Virus record (IMG/VR): IMGVR_UViG_3300048503_000032
Coordinates: 32,001 to 96,000 of that record
DNA length: 64,000 bases
Source: a virus
Lineage: Duplodnaviria; Caudoviricetes
Reading direction: 5' to 3' (one strand)
Numbering within the stretch: the stretch's first letter is position 1; the number at the start of each line of letters is the position of its first letter. Shown one piece after another: positions 1 through 9,697 of this stretch. The position numbers were made by a program, and so were the translations under genes. Below the pieces are notes generated by a model, which made no database searches, had not been told where the DNA came from, and worked only from the letters and a program-made list of their open reading frames with translations.

Positions 1-1
1 G

Positions 2-517
2 GTGTTACTTCATGAGCAGACGCAGCTTGGAACGATTGACGGATATGCTAGAAACCTGGACGCAGAGATTTCTGGACTGGCTTCCCATGGCAATACAGCG
101 CTCGACTCGTTTAGTGGGGTCGCTACTGGGGCTAAGGAAACCCTGACGACGCTTACAGCGCATATCACTCCTGTTCTCGACTCCACTACTACTGCGATCA
201 ATACGGGGACGGATTACTTCCAGAAGAAGCAGCCGCAGTTTGATCTGTTGCTGACGCACGTTGACGATCTGACTGTCTCGGGGAATGGATCTGTTGTGAA
301 GTTCAATGCGTTGCTGGACAATCCAGCCATTCCGCGTATCGAAGAGAGTGCAGCGGACTTTCTAGGTACAGGCGCTCACATGCTTGCGACTGGCGATGCG
401 GTTGAGACGAAGTTGGCGCAGTGTACGCTGCACCCGCACATGAGTTGCTATGTGAAATCGGATCTGTTGTTCGGGGCGCAGCTCGGCGGCTATTTGCTGT
501 CATCTGTTCCGAAGTAG
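2..517 (+). CDS. hypothetical protein, probably 5'-truncated by the window edge
   Basis: Open frame from the window edge; helical, coiled-coil-like composition; no recognised motif. Confidence 0.6.
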   Translation: MLLHEQTQLGTIDGYARNLDAEISGLASHGNTALDSFSGVATGAKETLTTLTAHITPVLDSTTTAINTGTDYFQKKQPQFDLLLTHVDDLTVSGNGSVVKFNALLDNPAIPRIEESAADFLGTGAHMLATGDAVETKLAQCTLHPHMSCYVKSDLLFGAQLGGYLLSSVPK

Positions 518-524
518 GAATCAC

Positions 525-734
525 ATGAGCAAGTTGATTATGTTCGAGGGAACACGCGGCGAGGATATGCGTGTAGCGTTTGAAGACGCTATGAAGCGCA
601 TGGATGAGTGTGATGGGGTAGTCATCCTCATGCAGAAGAAGGCTGGCGGGTTCTTGTGGTTTGCGCCAGCTATGATGAAACTGGAGACGATGATTTTTTA
701 TCTGTGGTCGGCTCTCAAGCATCTAGGAGAGTAA
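525..734 (+). CDS. hypothetical protein
   Basis: AGGA RBS before ATG; tightly packed after the previous ORF. Confidence 0.6.
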   Translation: MSKLIMFEGTRGEDMRVAFEDAMKRMDECDGVVILMQKKAGGFLWFAPAMMKLETMIFYLWSALKHLGE

Positions 735-749
735 TTTCAAGGAGGACGT

Positions 750-1022
750 ATGAGTTGGGGAATAGGGTACGTTGGCAAGGCTCCCGCGGTAAGAACACAG
801 TGTGCGACTGAATTCGCAAAGAACCCTTGCAGCGAACCTGAGGAGACAGTTCGTCAGGCAGCGGCTGCGGTGATTGATGCGGCTCTGGCGGCTCAGGATG
901 CATCGAACGTGGTGAGGGTGGCGGCTTGTGGCAGCCAGTCGTTCAAGAACTACACCGATCAGACGGGCGTGACCAATTCGCTGTCAATTACCATCGATCC
1001 GTTGTACGGTTTCATCGAGTAG
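750..1022 (+). CDS. hypothetical protein
   Basis: Strong AAGGAGG RBS. Confidence 0.7.
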   Translation: MSWGIGYVGKAPAVRTQCATEFAKNPCSEPEETVRQAAAAVIDAALAAQDASNVVRVAACGSQSFKNYTDQTGVTNSLSITIDPLYGFIE

Positions 1023-1043
1023 TTCTCAGGACAATGAAGACAG

Positions 1044-1073
1044 GAAACGGCGCAGACGATGCGCCGTTTCTCT
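1044..1073 (+). terminator. hairpin, probable intrinsic terminator (overlaps a GACG-N13-CTATAGT promoter motif)
   Basis: GAAACGGCGCA-gacga-TGCGCCGTTTC 11-bp stem. Confidence 0.55.
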
Positions 1074-1278
1074 ATAGTGGAGTTAGTTGACGAGAAGGGA
1101 TATCGTACCGAGGGCAAGTCCGAGAGCTACAAGGCTTGGCTTGGGCCAGGGTGGTGTGTTGCCCTGGTAGGCGGCTATGACGAAGCAGACCGCGGCAAGA
1201 ACGAGTAGAACGTTGTGAGCAGTGATGAGCATTTTGAGGTACCTCAGTTTATGTTGGATGTAGGTAAGGTCGAGGAGG

Positions 1279-1566
1279 TTGTATATGAAGTATGGATTTG
1301 TGTTGGCGTTGTTTCTTATCGGTTGTTCGTTTCAGCCACCGCAGCCTCAGGCTAAGCGGATATGGGTGATGTCGGAGATGAACCATGCTGACTTCACGGT
1401 GAAGGAAGACAATGGGACTTCAGAGTTGTATGTGATGCAGTTCTGTTACTACGATGCGCCGGTTGCGATGTGGCAGGGACTTTATGCCGATATCGTTGTT
1501 GCATGGGACAGTACTACATATGCTCGCGGGTGCTATCGAGTACTAAAAATCACTGCTCTCAACTAG
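1279..1566 (+). CDS. putative lipoprotein
   Basis: Basic N-terminus, hydrophobic stretch, lipobox-like LIGC; GAGGAGG RBS. Confidence 0.55.
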   Translation: MYMKYGFVLALFLIGCSFQPPQPQAKRIWVMSEMNHADFTVKEDNGTSELYVMQFCYYDAPVAMWQGLYADIVVAWDSTTYARGCYRVLKITALN

Positions 1567-1572
1567 GCGATC

Positions 1573-2400
1573 ATGCTCATCAAGAACCTAAATTTACTCG
1601 GAGACTGTTTGTATACGCTGAAGCCGATCGCGGATCTGCGTATGCAGCGGCCTGGTGAGGAGATCGTGATCGGCGTCGACAACGATCTGTCAGGTGAGAT
1701 GGTGCGACGTCAGTTTGCGGGTACACAGGTTGAGGTGGCGGACATCGCGGATCTCAGTCGCACGGATGTTGATCTATCGGCCGGCGCTGCATCGAGGATG
1801 TGTACGGCGCATCTGTTGCGTTACGGCTCGTATCTGCACATCTCGGAATGCTACGCAGAGATGCTGGGCGTGGACAGTAGAGGTTGGGGCAGAGACTTTA
1901 CTCCGCTGACTTACTGGAGGGCGTGCTGGGGCGATAAGGGTCTTCCGCCTATTCCGTCTCAGGTACATCCTTATGTGGTGATATCGCCATTTTCCCGTTC
2001 ATGCTCTCGGCAGATGGGGATGAGGCCGAACAAGACGCCCGACATTGAGCGTTGGGGGCTGTTGATTGAATGGCTGCACTCGAAGAATTTGGATGTGGTG
2101 GTATCGCATGGCCCGAATGATGTATGGACGGGTGTGCCGGTTAAGTTGGTTACGACTGAATCATTGCGACAGCTGGTTCTCAATCTGTCAGGTGCGACTG
2201 CGGTGATCACGGTTGACAACGGAATCGGCCACATCGCATCGGCTTTGGGATGTAAAACTTTAATCTTGTGGCCTCCGATATCGTCAGTTCCGTTCATCGC
2301 GCCGACGTGGAGCAAAACCACTACATTGATATACATGCAGCCGGCTCGGGTGAGAGCTGACCAGTTGCGAGACTTAGTGATGAAGGAGTTGAAGATATGA
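1573..2400 (+). CDS. glycosyltransferase family 9 (heptosyltransferase-like, GT-B fold)
   Basis: N-terminal LGD motif and C-terminal VITVDNGIGHIASALG, matching the GT9 D-S/N-G-x-x-H-x-A-x-A-L-G motif. Confidence 0.85.
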   Translation: MLIKNLNLLGDCLYTLKPIADLRMQRPGEEIVIGVDNDLSGEMVRRQFAGTQVEVADIADLSRTDVDLSAGAASRMCTAHLLRYGSYLHISECYAEMLGVDSRGWGRDFTPLTYWRACWGDKGLPPIPSQVHPYVVISPFSRSCSRQMGMRPNKTPDIERWGLLIEWLHSKNLDVVVSHGPNDVWTGVPVKLVTTESLRQLVLNLSGATAVITVDNGIGHIASALGCKTLILWPPISSVPFIAPTWSKTTTLIYMQPARVRADQLRDLVMKELKI

Positions 2401-2576
2401 ATAGTTTTTGGGTTGGCATACTCACGGCCGCATTGTGGATGGGGGCGGGTCTGTGGTGGATCGGTAGGATGGATAAGGCAGCTAGGCGCAGGAAGCGGCA
2501 GCTGCTGGACAAGATACGCTGCACCAAGCGTGTCTATCATCGGACAGAAGATGGGACTGCCTTCAAGGAGGAGTGA

Positions 2577-2894
2577 TTGAAGTTCACCGGTGGCACTCGC
2601 GTCGACTCTAAGGGCTACTTAGTGGTCAAGGCCGGCCCACACAGAGATGTGCGATTGGCGACTTTGATTCTCGAGGCCAAGCTGCGCAGGAAGTTGCGAC
2701 GCGATGAGGATGTACATCATTTGGACGGGAACAAATTGAATATGGGCGAGTGCGGCCGCAATCTTCAGGCGAAGGGTCACGCGGAACACGGCGCGGTCAG
2801 CAACAAGCAGCGTATGTTTCTGAAGTTGAGAGATGAGAAAGAACGACAGGCGTGGGAGCAAGAGTTTCCTGGGTCTACGGAGGCGAGTGTATGA
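2577..2894 (+). CDS. HNH endonuclease-like protein
   Basis: DSKGY...EDVHHLDGNKLN...NL...H, a typical phage HNH signature. Confidence 0.75.
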   Translation: MKFTGGTRVDSKGYLVVKAGPHRDVRLATLILEAKLRRKLRRDEDVHHLDGNKLNMGECGRNLQAKGHAEHGAVSNKQRMFLKLRDEKERQAWEQEFPGSTEASV

Positions 2895-3060
2895 CAGAAG
2901 CTGTATTGATATTGCTTAGGCAGTTGCGGGATGTGAGAAGATCTTCGCTGACGGATAAGGTAAAGATTGCGGCGGAGTTGTTAGCTGAGACTGGGATGAT
3001 CCCGAATACGCCGAACGCGAAGCATAACTGGATTGAGGGGCACGATCCTGGAGATACGAC

Positions 3061-3534
3061 ATGCCGGTAAAGATGACCAAGGCGGCGATCAACAAGCTCT
3101 TAGTGGAGGAGCGTGCGAAGATGCGCACCAAGCATAAGCAGTCTGCATTCATGCGTCGGACGCTCAACATCTATAACGGTCAGACGACTCGGATGCGCGA
3201 GTTCTTTCATCTGAAGCTGGCGGAACTGCCATACAGTATCGAGGAGTTTCGTGACGCGGTAGGGATTGCTTTACAGGAGCCGTGCTGCTACTGCGAATGC
3301 AAGCTGACAGTCAAGACAATCACACCAGATCATGCTACTGCTGTATCGACGAGCGGCGGCTGGGGATTGGACAACATAAAGTTTTGCTGTCAGAAGTGTA
3401 ATTGGAGAAAAGGAATCTTGACAGCGGACGAGTTTACTTGGCTGGTCAGGATTCTACGCAAAGGATTGTCGGCTGCGTCGCTCGAGGATGTATGGCGCAG
3501 ACTGGTGATCGGCGGGAAGTGGGCACCTAGATGA
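3061..3534 (+). CDS. HNH endonuclease (Zn-binding)
   Basis: CCYC...DH...N...CCQKCNWRKG. Confidence 0.8.
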   Translation: MPVKMTKAAINKLLVEERAKMRTKHKQSAFMRRTLNIYNGQTTRMREFFHLKLAELPYSIEEFRDAVGIALQEPCCYCECKLTVKTITPDHATAVSTSGGWGLDNIKFCCQKCNWRKGILTADEFTWLVRILRKGLSAASLEDVWRRLVIGGKWAPR

Positions 3535-3776
3535 GTGATATCGGTGTGTGGGAATCTCCCGCTAACTGGGGTCGCAACAATGACGGAACGAAGATGGGGT
3601 TTGATGTGAAGGACTATACTGACGAGTTAGTTGTGGCGATTGAAGCGGTAGGCGATCCTTGTTATGTGCATGCACGATGTTGGTGCGGCTACGCAAAAGG
3701 ACTCGTGCGTAGTCATACTATGGTTTGCCGACGCCTTCGTAAGTTGGTTAAGGACGCGAAAGAGAGACGTTTATGA
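3531..3776 (+). CDS. hypothetical protein
   Basis: ATGA overlap with the upstream stop codon. Confidence 0.55.
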   Translation: MSDIGVWESPANWGRNNDGTKMGFDVKDYTDELVVAIEAVGDPCYVHARCWCGYAKGLVRSHTMVCRRLRKLVKDAKERRL

Positions 3777-3917
3777 ACGAGATAATCGAGAACGAGCTGA
3801 AGGGTCTGCGTGCTATCGGCCTCATGCATGAGCGGCAGGTGAAGGAAGCGATGGAGCGGATCGCCGATGCTTATTTTGTAAAGGGACAACTGTCGGTAAA
3901 GGAAAAGAAAGCTCAAG

Positions 3918-4715
3918 ATGGGTAGACGTGGAGAGCGCAAATATTCCGTGGTGTCTAAACGTTTTGGGAGACTTACAGTGGTCAGGTATGCTCCTGAGGT
4001 TGGGAAGTACCACGTTGAATGTGTTTGTTCTTGCGGGAACGTATTTACGACTTCACAGTATAATTTGATTGGCGGAAGTACTAGGTCGTGTGGATGTCTC
4101 GCACAGGAAAATAGAGCTGCATCGGGGGCACGCAATGCATTCGATTTAACGGGGCGTGTTTTCGGTATGCTTACAGCTTTAGAGCGTACAAGCGCTCCAG
4201 GCGAGTGTAAGACGGTTAAGTGGCGATTTAGATGTGTTTGCGGCAGGGAAAAGGTCTTAGGAGGATGCTATGTTACCTGTGGACAGATAGTTTCGTGCGG
4301 TTGTGCTGTAGGTACGATTGTAAGAGCAGCGTCGTTTCGGAAGCGAAGTCGAGATTATCGTAATAATAGACTTGCCTGCGATCCTATTTTTCGGTTGTCG
4401 TTCAGGTTCAGAGCAGCGGTTAGAAAGTCGCTTCGGAGGTTTGTTTCGCAGAAGTTGGCGAATTGGGAAAGGTGTTTAGGGTATACGGTGGATGATTTGC
4501 GACTGCGTCTAGATTCTACGATGCCGGTCGGATATTCATGGGATGATTTTTATGCTGGTAGGCTTCATATAGATCATATGAGACCTTTGGCTTCGTTTGT
4601 TTTTGCGGGGAAAGATGATCCTGCGTTTTTAGAGGCTTGGAGTTTAGACAATCTACAGTTGTTGACAGCAGGCGATAATATGACCAAGCATGACAAGTGG
4701 ACAGGCATATGCTGA
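3918..4715 (+). CDS. HNH homing endonuclease with two N-terminal 'FGRLT...CxCG...SCGC' repeats
   Basis: RFGRLTV/VFGMLTA repeats with C-x-C-x-C-G and SCGC; C-terminal HIDHMRPL...NLQLL...N..K; lower GC than flanks. Confidence 0.8.
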   Translation: MGRRGERKYSVVSKRFGRLTVVRYAPEVGKYHVECVCSCGNVFTTSQYNLIGGSTRSCGCLAQENRAASGARNAFDLTGRVFGMLTALERTSAPGECKTVKWRFRCVCGREKVLGGCYVTCGQIVSCGCAVGTIVRAASFRKRSRDYRNNRLACDPIFRLSFRFRAAVRKSLRRFVSQKLANWERCLGYTVDDLRLRLDSTMPVGYSWDDFYAGRLHIDHMRPLASFVFAGKDDPAFLEAWSLDNLQLLTAGDNMTKHDKWTGIC

Positions 4716-5737
4716 ATCGATCCAATTCAGTAGTCTTCCTGGGGGCGTGGTTGGATGCATGTTCACTTTGGCGCATGTATTATCCCCATCAAAATTTGAA
4801 TGGGAGCAGCTTCTACTGCTTTGCCAACCAGCCCAATTTCGACATGATCGCCGGCTGCGACATCATCGTGGTTCAGAGGTGCTGTTCTCAGGCGCAGTAC
4901 AACTTCATCAGCACATGTCGGTCGCTCGGGTCGAAGATAATCTACGACTTGGATGACGATGTGTGGGATCTGCCTGAGTCGAACCCTGCTCACGTTCCGT
5001 TGACTCAGATGCGGGAAGGATTTGTCGCTTGTATTCAGTTGACGGATCTGGTGACCGTATCTACGAAGACGTTGGAGAAGCGGATTAGGGCTAACGTCAA
5101 GCCGCTGAGGAATCGTTTCACAGGACGTGATGTGCCTGTGGTGGTCGCTGAGAATTGGATGGATCAGCGGCTGTATGCGACGCCGCGGAAGAGTAGCAGG
5201 TTCATCATCGGCTGGAGCGGATCGAGTTCGCATATCGGCGATCTGGCGATGACCTATGACGCGTTGAATGCGGTATCGGGCGAGAATCCTGACGCCTTGA
5301 TCGAGTTCCGCGGATGCGATCCCAGCGCGGATATGAGGAAGATACGCAACTTCTACCACAAGCCCTGGGTGCCTGTAGCCGAGTTCTCTGCCAGAATGCC
5401 GGTGTGGGGATGGAGTATCGCGTTGGCTCCAGTGACAGACCATCCGTTCAACGACGCGAAGAGCTGCATCAAAATGCTGGAATCTGCGTACTGTAAGATT
5501 CCTTGTCTCGCCAGTTGGGTGAAGCCTTACGATGACTTTACAAGTCATGATCCTGAGTTGCGCTGGCTGCTCTGCGCGGGTCAGGGGAATTGGAAGCCTA
5601 AGTTGCGCGAGTTGATTCACGATGAAGGTCGGCGTAACGACTTAGGGCAAAGGGCATATAATGTGTTGACGAAACATTACACATTCAACCGGGTACATCC
5701 TGGCTGGCGTGAAGCATTCGAGACTGTACGGGGCTGA
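4697..5737 (+). CDS. glycosyltransferase (GT-B, GT4-like phage family)
   Basis: VVQR, IIYDLDDD, VTVST, IGWSGSSSH, IALAP...FNDAKSCIKMLE motifs. Confidence 0.8.
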   Translation: MDRHMLNRSNSVVFLGAWLDACSLWRMYYPHQNLNGSSFYCFANQPNFDMIAGCDIIVVQRCCSQAQYNFISTCRSLGSKIIYDLDDDVWDLPESNPAHVPLTQMREGFVACIQLTDLVTVSTKTLEKRIRANVKPLRNRFTGRDVPVVVAENWMDQRLYATPRKSSRFIIGWSGSSSHIGDLAMTYDALNAVSGENPDALIEFRGCDPSADMRKIRNFYHKPWVPVAEFSARMPVWGWSIALAPVTDHPFNDAKSCIKMLESAYCKIPCLASWVKPYDDFTSHDPELRWLLCAGQGNWKPKLRELIHDEGRRNDLGQRAYNVLTKHYTFNRVHPGWREAFETVRG

Positions 5738-5746
5738 GGAGGGATC

Positions 5747-6067
5747 ATGGTGGAATGGTTGGCATCGCACAGGATCGTTTACACCAGCTACCTAACGGTG
5801 CTCGGGGTGGCCGGCTGTGTTGTCGGGTATATTGCGTTTGCGGGGCTTCTGGCATGGATCGAGACTCGCAATACACCGAAGACTGATTTCTTTACCTGTG
5901 ATCGGCATGGGACGTTTCCGGTGAAGTCTTTAATCTTGATCGATCTGGGCGACGGCCGGCATCCAGTTCAGCAGTGCCCATTTTGTTATGATGCTGCATT
6001 CAAGTTGGCAGACCAACGTCTGAAGGATGAGGAGGCGAAACGTGGAGCAGTCCCAAAATTACAGTAA
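5747..6067 (+). CDS. membrane protein with Zn-ribbon
   Basis: N-terminal hydrophobic helix; CxxH...CxxC; GAGGAGG RBS. Confidence 0.6.
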   Translation: MVEWLASHRIVYTSYLTVLGVAGCVVGYIAFAGLLAWIETRNTPKTDFFTCDRHGTFPVKSLILIDLGDGRHPVQQCPFCYDAAFKLADQRLKDEEAKRGAVPKLQ

Positions 6068-6315
6068 TGACGCTGCGTCTGCTTATCTGGACAGAGTATC
6101 TGCTCGGGTGACGGCTGGCATGTCGGACGCTGAGGTACTGGCTGTGGTTGACGATGAGTTGGATGCGACGTTGCATCCAGCAGAGGCTCCAGCTGCGGTC
6201 TGCGCTGATTGTGGTGCTCCCTGTACGGATGAGGATTTTATACCTGGGTATGTGCAGCGATATCGCTGTGGGATGTGTGTGGTTCGGTACGCAGCTTCGA
6301 TGATGGGGTAGTTCT

Positions 6316-6534
6316 ATGATGCATTGGATTTACAACTGGAATTTGGTCGTGCTTACTCTCGAGGGCATATGGTTCTTAAGCATCGCGCTCAGAGTAAGCA
6401 GCTATACGAAGACTCCACGACAGTGCGACATTTGCGGTTGTATGTCGGTTGAATGTAAGCCATTCTTTCAGGCTAAAATATCGGCGGACTTTGCATGTCC
6501 TGAATGCGGCAGAAGAGAATCGGAATTGATATGA
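6316..6534 (+). CDS. small membrane protein with Zn-ribbon
   Basis: Hydrophobic N-terminus; CDIC...CPEC. Confidence 0.55.
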   Translation: MMHWIYNWNLVVLTLEGIWFLSIALRVSSYTKTPRQCDICGCMSVECKPFFQAKISADFACPECGRRESELI

Positions 6535-7304
6535 CAGCGACTGAAGACATTCTATTCGTGATGCCGAAGGACAGGGAGATGCAGTTTCCTGCGATGGCGG
6601 CTAATCAGGTTTATGTGAATAGTTATAGGATCAAGATGGAGGCCAACTGTGTTACGCCTATCATGCCGACGTATAAGTTCCGTTATCAGGTGGAAGTGGC
6701 AGACGAGTGTTGGGATTTGTTTCGGCGTCTCGGTATCGAGTTGAATCAGGACAGGGAACAGATTGGATTCCCCGATTCGGTGATCGAGTTGACAGATGAG
6801 AAGCTACTCAGCTTCTATAATTCTGAAAAACATGCGTCACAAATCTGTGCAGCCATCGCTGGGGTTGAAGCCCCGCCATATCCTAAGATTCGTCAGGTAT
6901 CGTGTACGCGCCCAGAGTGTTTATGGGTAGCAGGAGATTTGGACTTAAGAGTATCGGAGATTCAGTTTAGGTGGGATGATTTAGGTGTCGGCGATCTTGT
7001 GCCGGACGGTATTGTAGTTGGGTATCAGTCTTGGCAGACTTATGCGGCTGCGGCGATGGGACTCCCCGTCATTGAAGTGTTGCGGAAGACGCGCAGTGTG
7101 AATTGGTTGAGCAAGTTTGCTAATCCGTTGTACCGGGCGATTGAAGAGGGGCATCTGGATCGACTGCCGGACACGTTGAAAAACATTAGGGCGATATTGA
7201 CTTATAAAGCGGAGCAGGCGGCTAAGGCATACGACGCAGCGGCAATCAAGTATCATGGTGAGTATGCACGATTGAATTTCCCGAAGGGGAAGAGATGCCG
7301 ATAA
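6531..7304 (+). CDS. divergent GT9-like protein with a C-terminal partial AP2 domain
   Basis: VVGYQSWQTYAAAAMGLPVIEV resembles the GT9 C-terminal motif; AEQAAKAYDAAAIKYHGEYARLNFP matches the AP2 helix; ATGA overlap start at 6531. Confidence 0.55.
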   Translation: MTATEDILFVMPKDREMQFPAMAANQVYVNSYRIKMEANCVTPIMPTYKFRYQVEVADECWDLFRRLGIELNQDREQIGFPDSVIELTDEKLLSFYNSEKHASQICAAIAGVEAPPYPKIRQVSCTRPECLWVAGDLDLRVSEIQFRWDDLGVGDLVPDGIVVGYQSWQTYAAAAMGLPVIEVLRKTRSVNWLSKFANPLYRAIEEGHLDRLPDTLKNIRAILTYKAEQAAKAYDAAAIKYHGEYARLNFPKGKRCR

Positions 7305-7762
7305 CAGAAGGTTCAAGTCGACAAGGACAACGCAACCAAGACGGATCGTATCGAATTGTCTGCTCCGATTGCAGACAGTACATCTGCGATTCACATATAA
7401 AGTTGATCAATGCTCGGTGCGCTCTGTGTGAGCGAGCCCTGGCCGGCGAGCCTGTTCCGACGGATGCGATTCAGATGTATGTTGCAGGCAAGGCTGGACA
7501 CAGAGATGTTTCAGTGTTGCGGGTTGAGGATGACGATAATCGCGGAGGCACCAAGTTCACTCTGCGATCTCTGCTCGGGTTGACGTCACGCGCTCTTGGT
7601 TTCACCAAGCCTGAAGCGGAGCCGTTGGAATCGGTGAAGGTGTCGAAGGGCAAGCGTCGGCCGCGGTTGTTTGCAGATGTGGACTTATCGGATGAGTCGC
7701 AGGGGATTGGTAGCATGGAGCAGATTGACAAGGCGTTGACGGCAGAGAAAGAAGGACAGTGA
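7295..7762 (+). CDS. hypothetical Zn-binding protein
   Basis: CxxC...CxxC near the N-terminus. Confidence 0.6.
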   Translation: MPITEGSSRQGQRNQDGSYRIVCSDCRQYICDSHIKLINARCALCERALAGEPVPTDAIQMYVAGKAGHRDVSVLRVEDDDNRGGTKFTLRSLLGLTSRALGFTKPEAEPLESVKVSKGKRRPRLFADVDLSDESQGIGSMEQIDKALTAEKEGQ

Positions 7763-8010
7763 TGGAGATAATGTGCGGGGCATGCAAGCTGCCGGTTACT
7801 ATCCCGGACTTGGAGCAGCCGAAGATCATCAATCTGCCAGGAACCAGTGTTTTGATCCTCGAGCATTCTGAGCAGACGTTGTGCCCGAAGTGTTTGGTAC
7901 CGATCACCGCCGGTATTGCGATGGCGCAGCTGGCGTTGGTTGGGTTTCCTGTTCCGCCGAAGCAGCAGAAGAATTTGATTGTTGTACCGAACGGAATGAT
8001 CCAGCATTAG
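7759..8010 (+). CDS. hypothetical Zn-ribbon protein
   Basis: CGAC...CPKC; overlap start. Confidence 0.55.
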   Translation: MMEIMCGACKLPVTIPDLEQPKIINLPGTSVLILEHSEQTLCPKCLVPITAGIAMAQLALVGFPVPPKQQKNLIVVPNGMIQH

Positions 8011-8209
8011 GAGACGAGATGGCAGTCGGTCGCACATTCGATGTAGTGGCTTTCAGGAAGAAGCTGGAGGCTGTGGTCGCTACGACTGCGAACGGAGTAC
8101 CGACCGTAGTGCAGTGCAGGATGAACGGAATTGACGCACCGGCCATCGCGAAGCAGTTAATGAACGCGGGATATGATGCAGAGGCTGTAATGAGAATGAT
8201 GAGGGGAAT

Positions 8210-8737
8210 ATGAAGACTGAGGAACGTGTAGCGAAGATCGACGAGATGTGTCAGGAGCTGTTTGCAGCGAACACGATGTTTACACCGATCTACCCGTGGA
8301 TCTTCGTCATGGTCTGCCAGAAGGCGCAGCAGGTCGGCGGGATCTATCTGCCTGAGAAGCAGAACAAGACGGCGCATGAAGGGATCGTACTGGCGACTTG
8401 GAAGGAGAAACTTATCGGCGGTAGGGGAGAGTATGTATCGGTGCGTTCGGAGATGCGTCTTGGCGACCGCGTGACATTCCATCACTTCGCCGGCCAGCCT
8501 ATTCCTGGATATGATTCGGATCGCTTTCGTGTGGTCAAGGAGCGTGACTGGAAAGAAGAGGGCGGTATCTTCGGTCGTATCGATTATGCTGACGCTGATA
8601 CCAAGCCGATTGAGCAGTTGCAGCGGGTGTTGCTGGACAAGGCTAACATCAAGATTGCGGAGCTTATGGGGAAGATCGGGGATCGGTTTCTGGTAGTTGA
8701 TCGTGAGGCGGGTTCTGTCACGCTTAGCGGTGTATGA
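8210..8737 (+). CDS. groES: GroES-like co-chaperonin with extensions
   Basis: TPIYPWIFV...VGGIYLPEKQNK...EGIVLA...MRLGDRVTF matches the Cpn10 consensus. Confidence 0.75.
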   Translation: MKTEERVAKIDEMCQELFAANTMFTPIYPWIFVMVCQKAQQVGGIYLPEKQNKTAHEGIVLATWKEKLIGGRGEYVSVRSEMRLGDRVTFHHFAGQPIPGYDSDRFRVVKERDWKEEGGIFGRIDYADADTKPIEQLQRVLLDKANIKIAELMGKIGDRFLVVDREAGSVTLSGV

Positions 8738-9186
8738 GTCGTTTGCGGTCTAACTCTTCGACGTAGGGCATCCTACGCAAGACGACGGGGTGTTCTGTGG
8801 GCCAACAGAAGGCAGTTTCGATGGAGGATCTGGTTCGGATGGCTGTGTTAGTGTCAATCGCTACTTGAATCGTGAAGGATATGCGTTCAGCTCGGGGTAA
8901 GATGAAGCGATGAAACGCATGATTGACATCGAGTTGGACGAGTTGTGCGCGGCTGCGGACGACCATACGCCGGCCAGTCTCAGGTCGACGCTCGATATGG
9001 ATGCTCGCATGGTTGACTGCGGACATCGGGTGGAGCGCACACCATCGCTCGGTGAGTTGGATGGAGATGAGGACGTATGAAGATTCTTATGGGTGGTTTG
9101 GGTATACTCGCTTTGTTGTATCTGTTCTGGATTACATTCACTGGATTGATTTGAAGACGGTATCGGTTTTATCTATGGTGGAGAGG

Positions 9187-9407
9187 TTGACGATCCTGAG
9201 TCTGGGAAAGCCGCACCGCGGATAGGCGGAATGCTCTGTCGGGGTTGCTCCCGTGGAGCTGATACCGACAAAGGGATCGTTGGCTGGGATAATGCACGGC
9301 GGCAGGGTAGCTGATTTCGACGTAAAACGAATGCGACGTAGAGGCCGCAAGGCTCACCGAAAGCTATTAGTACATATCGTCTATAAGCTGCGAGTCCGCC
9401 GTGCATT
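9187..9407 (+). ncRNA. candidate structured non-coding RNA (two domains)
   Basis: GTTGACGATCCT pairs with GGGATCGTTGGC, TGTCGG with CCGACA, GCTCC with GGAGC, AATGCACGGCGG with CCGCCGTGCATT; promoter motif immediately upstream; no convincing ORF. Confidence 0.45.
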
Positions 9408-9422
9408 TTCGATGGGAGATAT

Positions 9423-9656
9423 ATGACTCGTTTAGTGATCGAGACGACAAATGATGCTCGTGTGTTGTGCGTAGCGTTCGAGGATCGATTGGTATTTCAG
9501 TCGGGCGATACCGTATCGGAGAGGTGGCCTGAGCGACGTGTTAGGATGGTGTCGCGTGAGGCGATAGTGATGAGCGCGTACATCGATCCGGTGCAGGTGG
9601 CGGAGCGTGCTTTGGGCGGGCAGATCGCACAATGGCATCTCAGGGATGAGCCCTAG
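9423..9656 (+). CDS. hypothetical protein
   Basis: GGGAG RBS, ATG. Confidence 0.55.
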   Translation: MTRLVIETTNDARVLCVAFEDRLVFQSGDTVSERWPERRVRMVSREAIVMSAYIDPVQVAERALGGQIAQWHLRDEP

Positions 9657-9691
9657 TTTGCTGTTCGTCATCGGCTGGCGGCGAGTATCAT
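9654..9691 (+). promoter_or_regulatory. late-type promoter motif, copy 1 (terminase)
   Basis: TAGTTTGCTGTT-N20-TATCAT-N6-ATG; the motif recurs before six packaging/structural units. Confidence 0.65.
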
Positions 9692-9697
9692 TCTTGA

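Noticed and set aside
2-1566. Lysis cassette (holin/spanin)
   Set aside because: A lipoprotein-like ORF is present but no endolysin or clear holin is recognisable
9305-9370. Hammerhead ribozyme (CTGAT...GAG-GCCGCAAGGC...CGAAA)
   Set aside because: Core elements are separated by insertions and the CUGANGA core is not contiguous
9423-9656. Terminase small subunit
   Set aside because: Position fits, but there is no HTH or coiled-coil signature and it lies upstream of the late promoter motif
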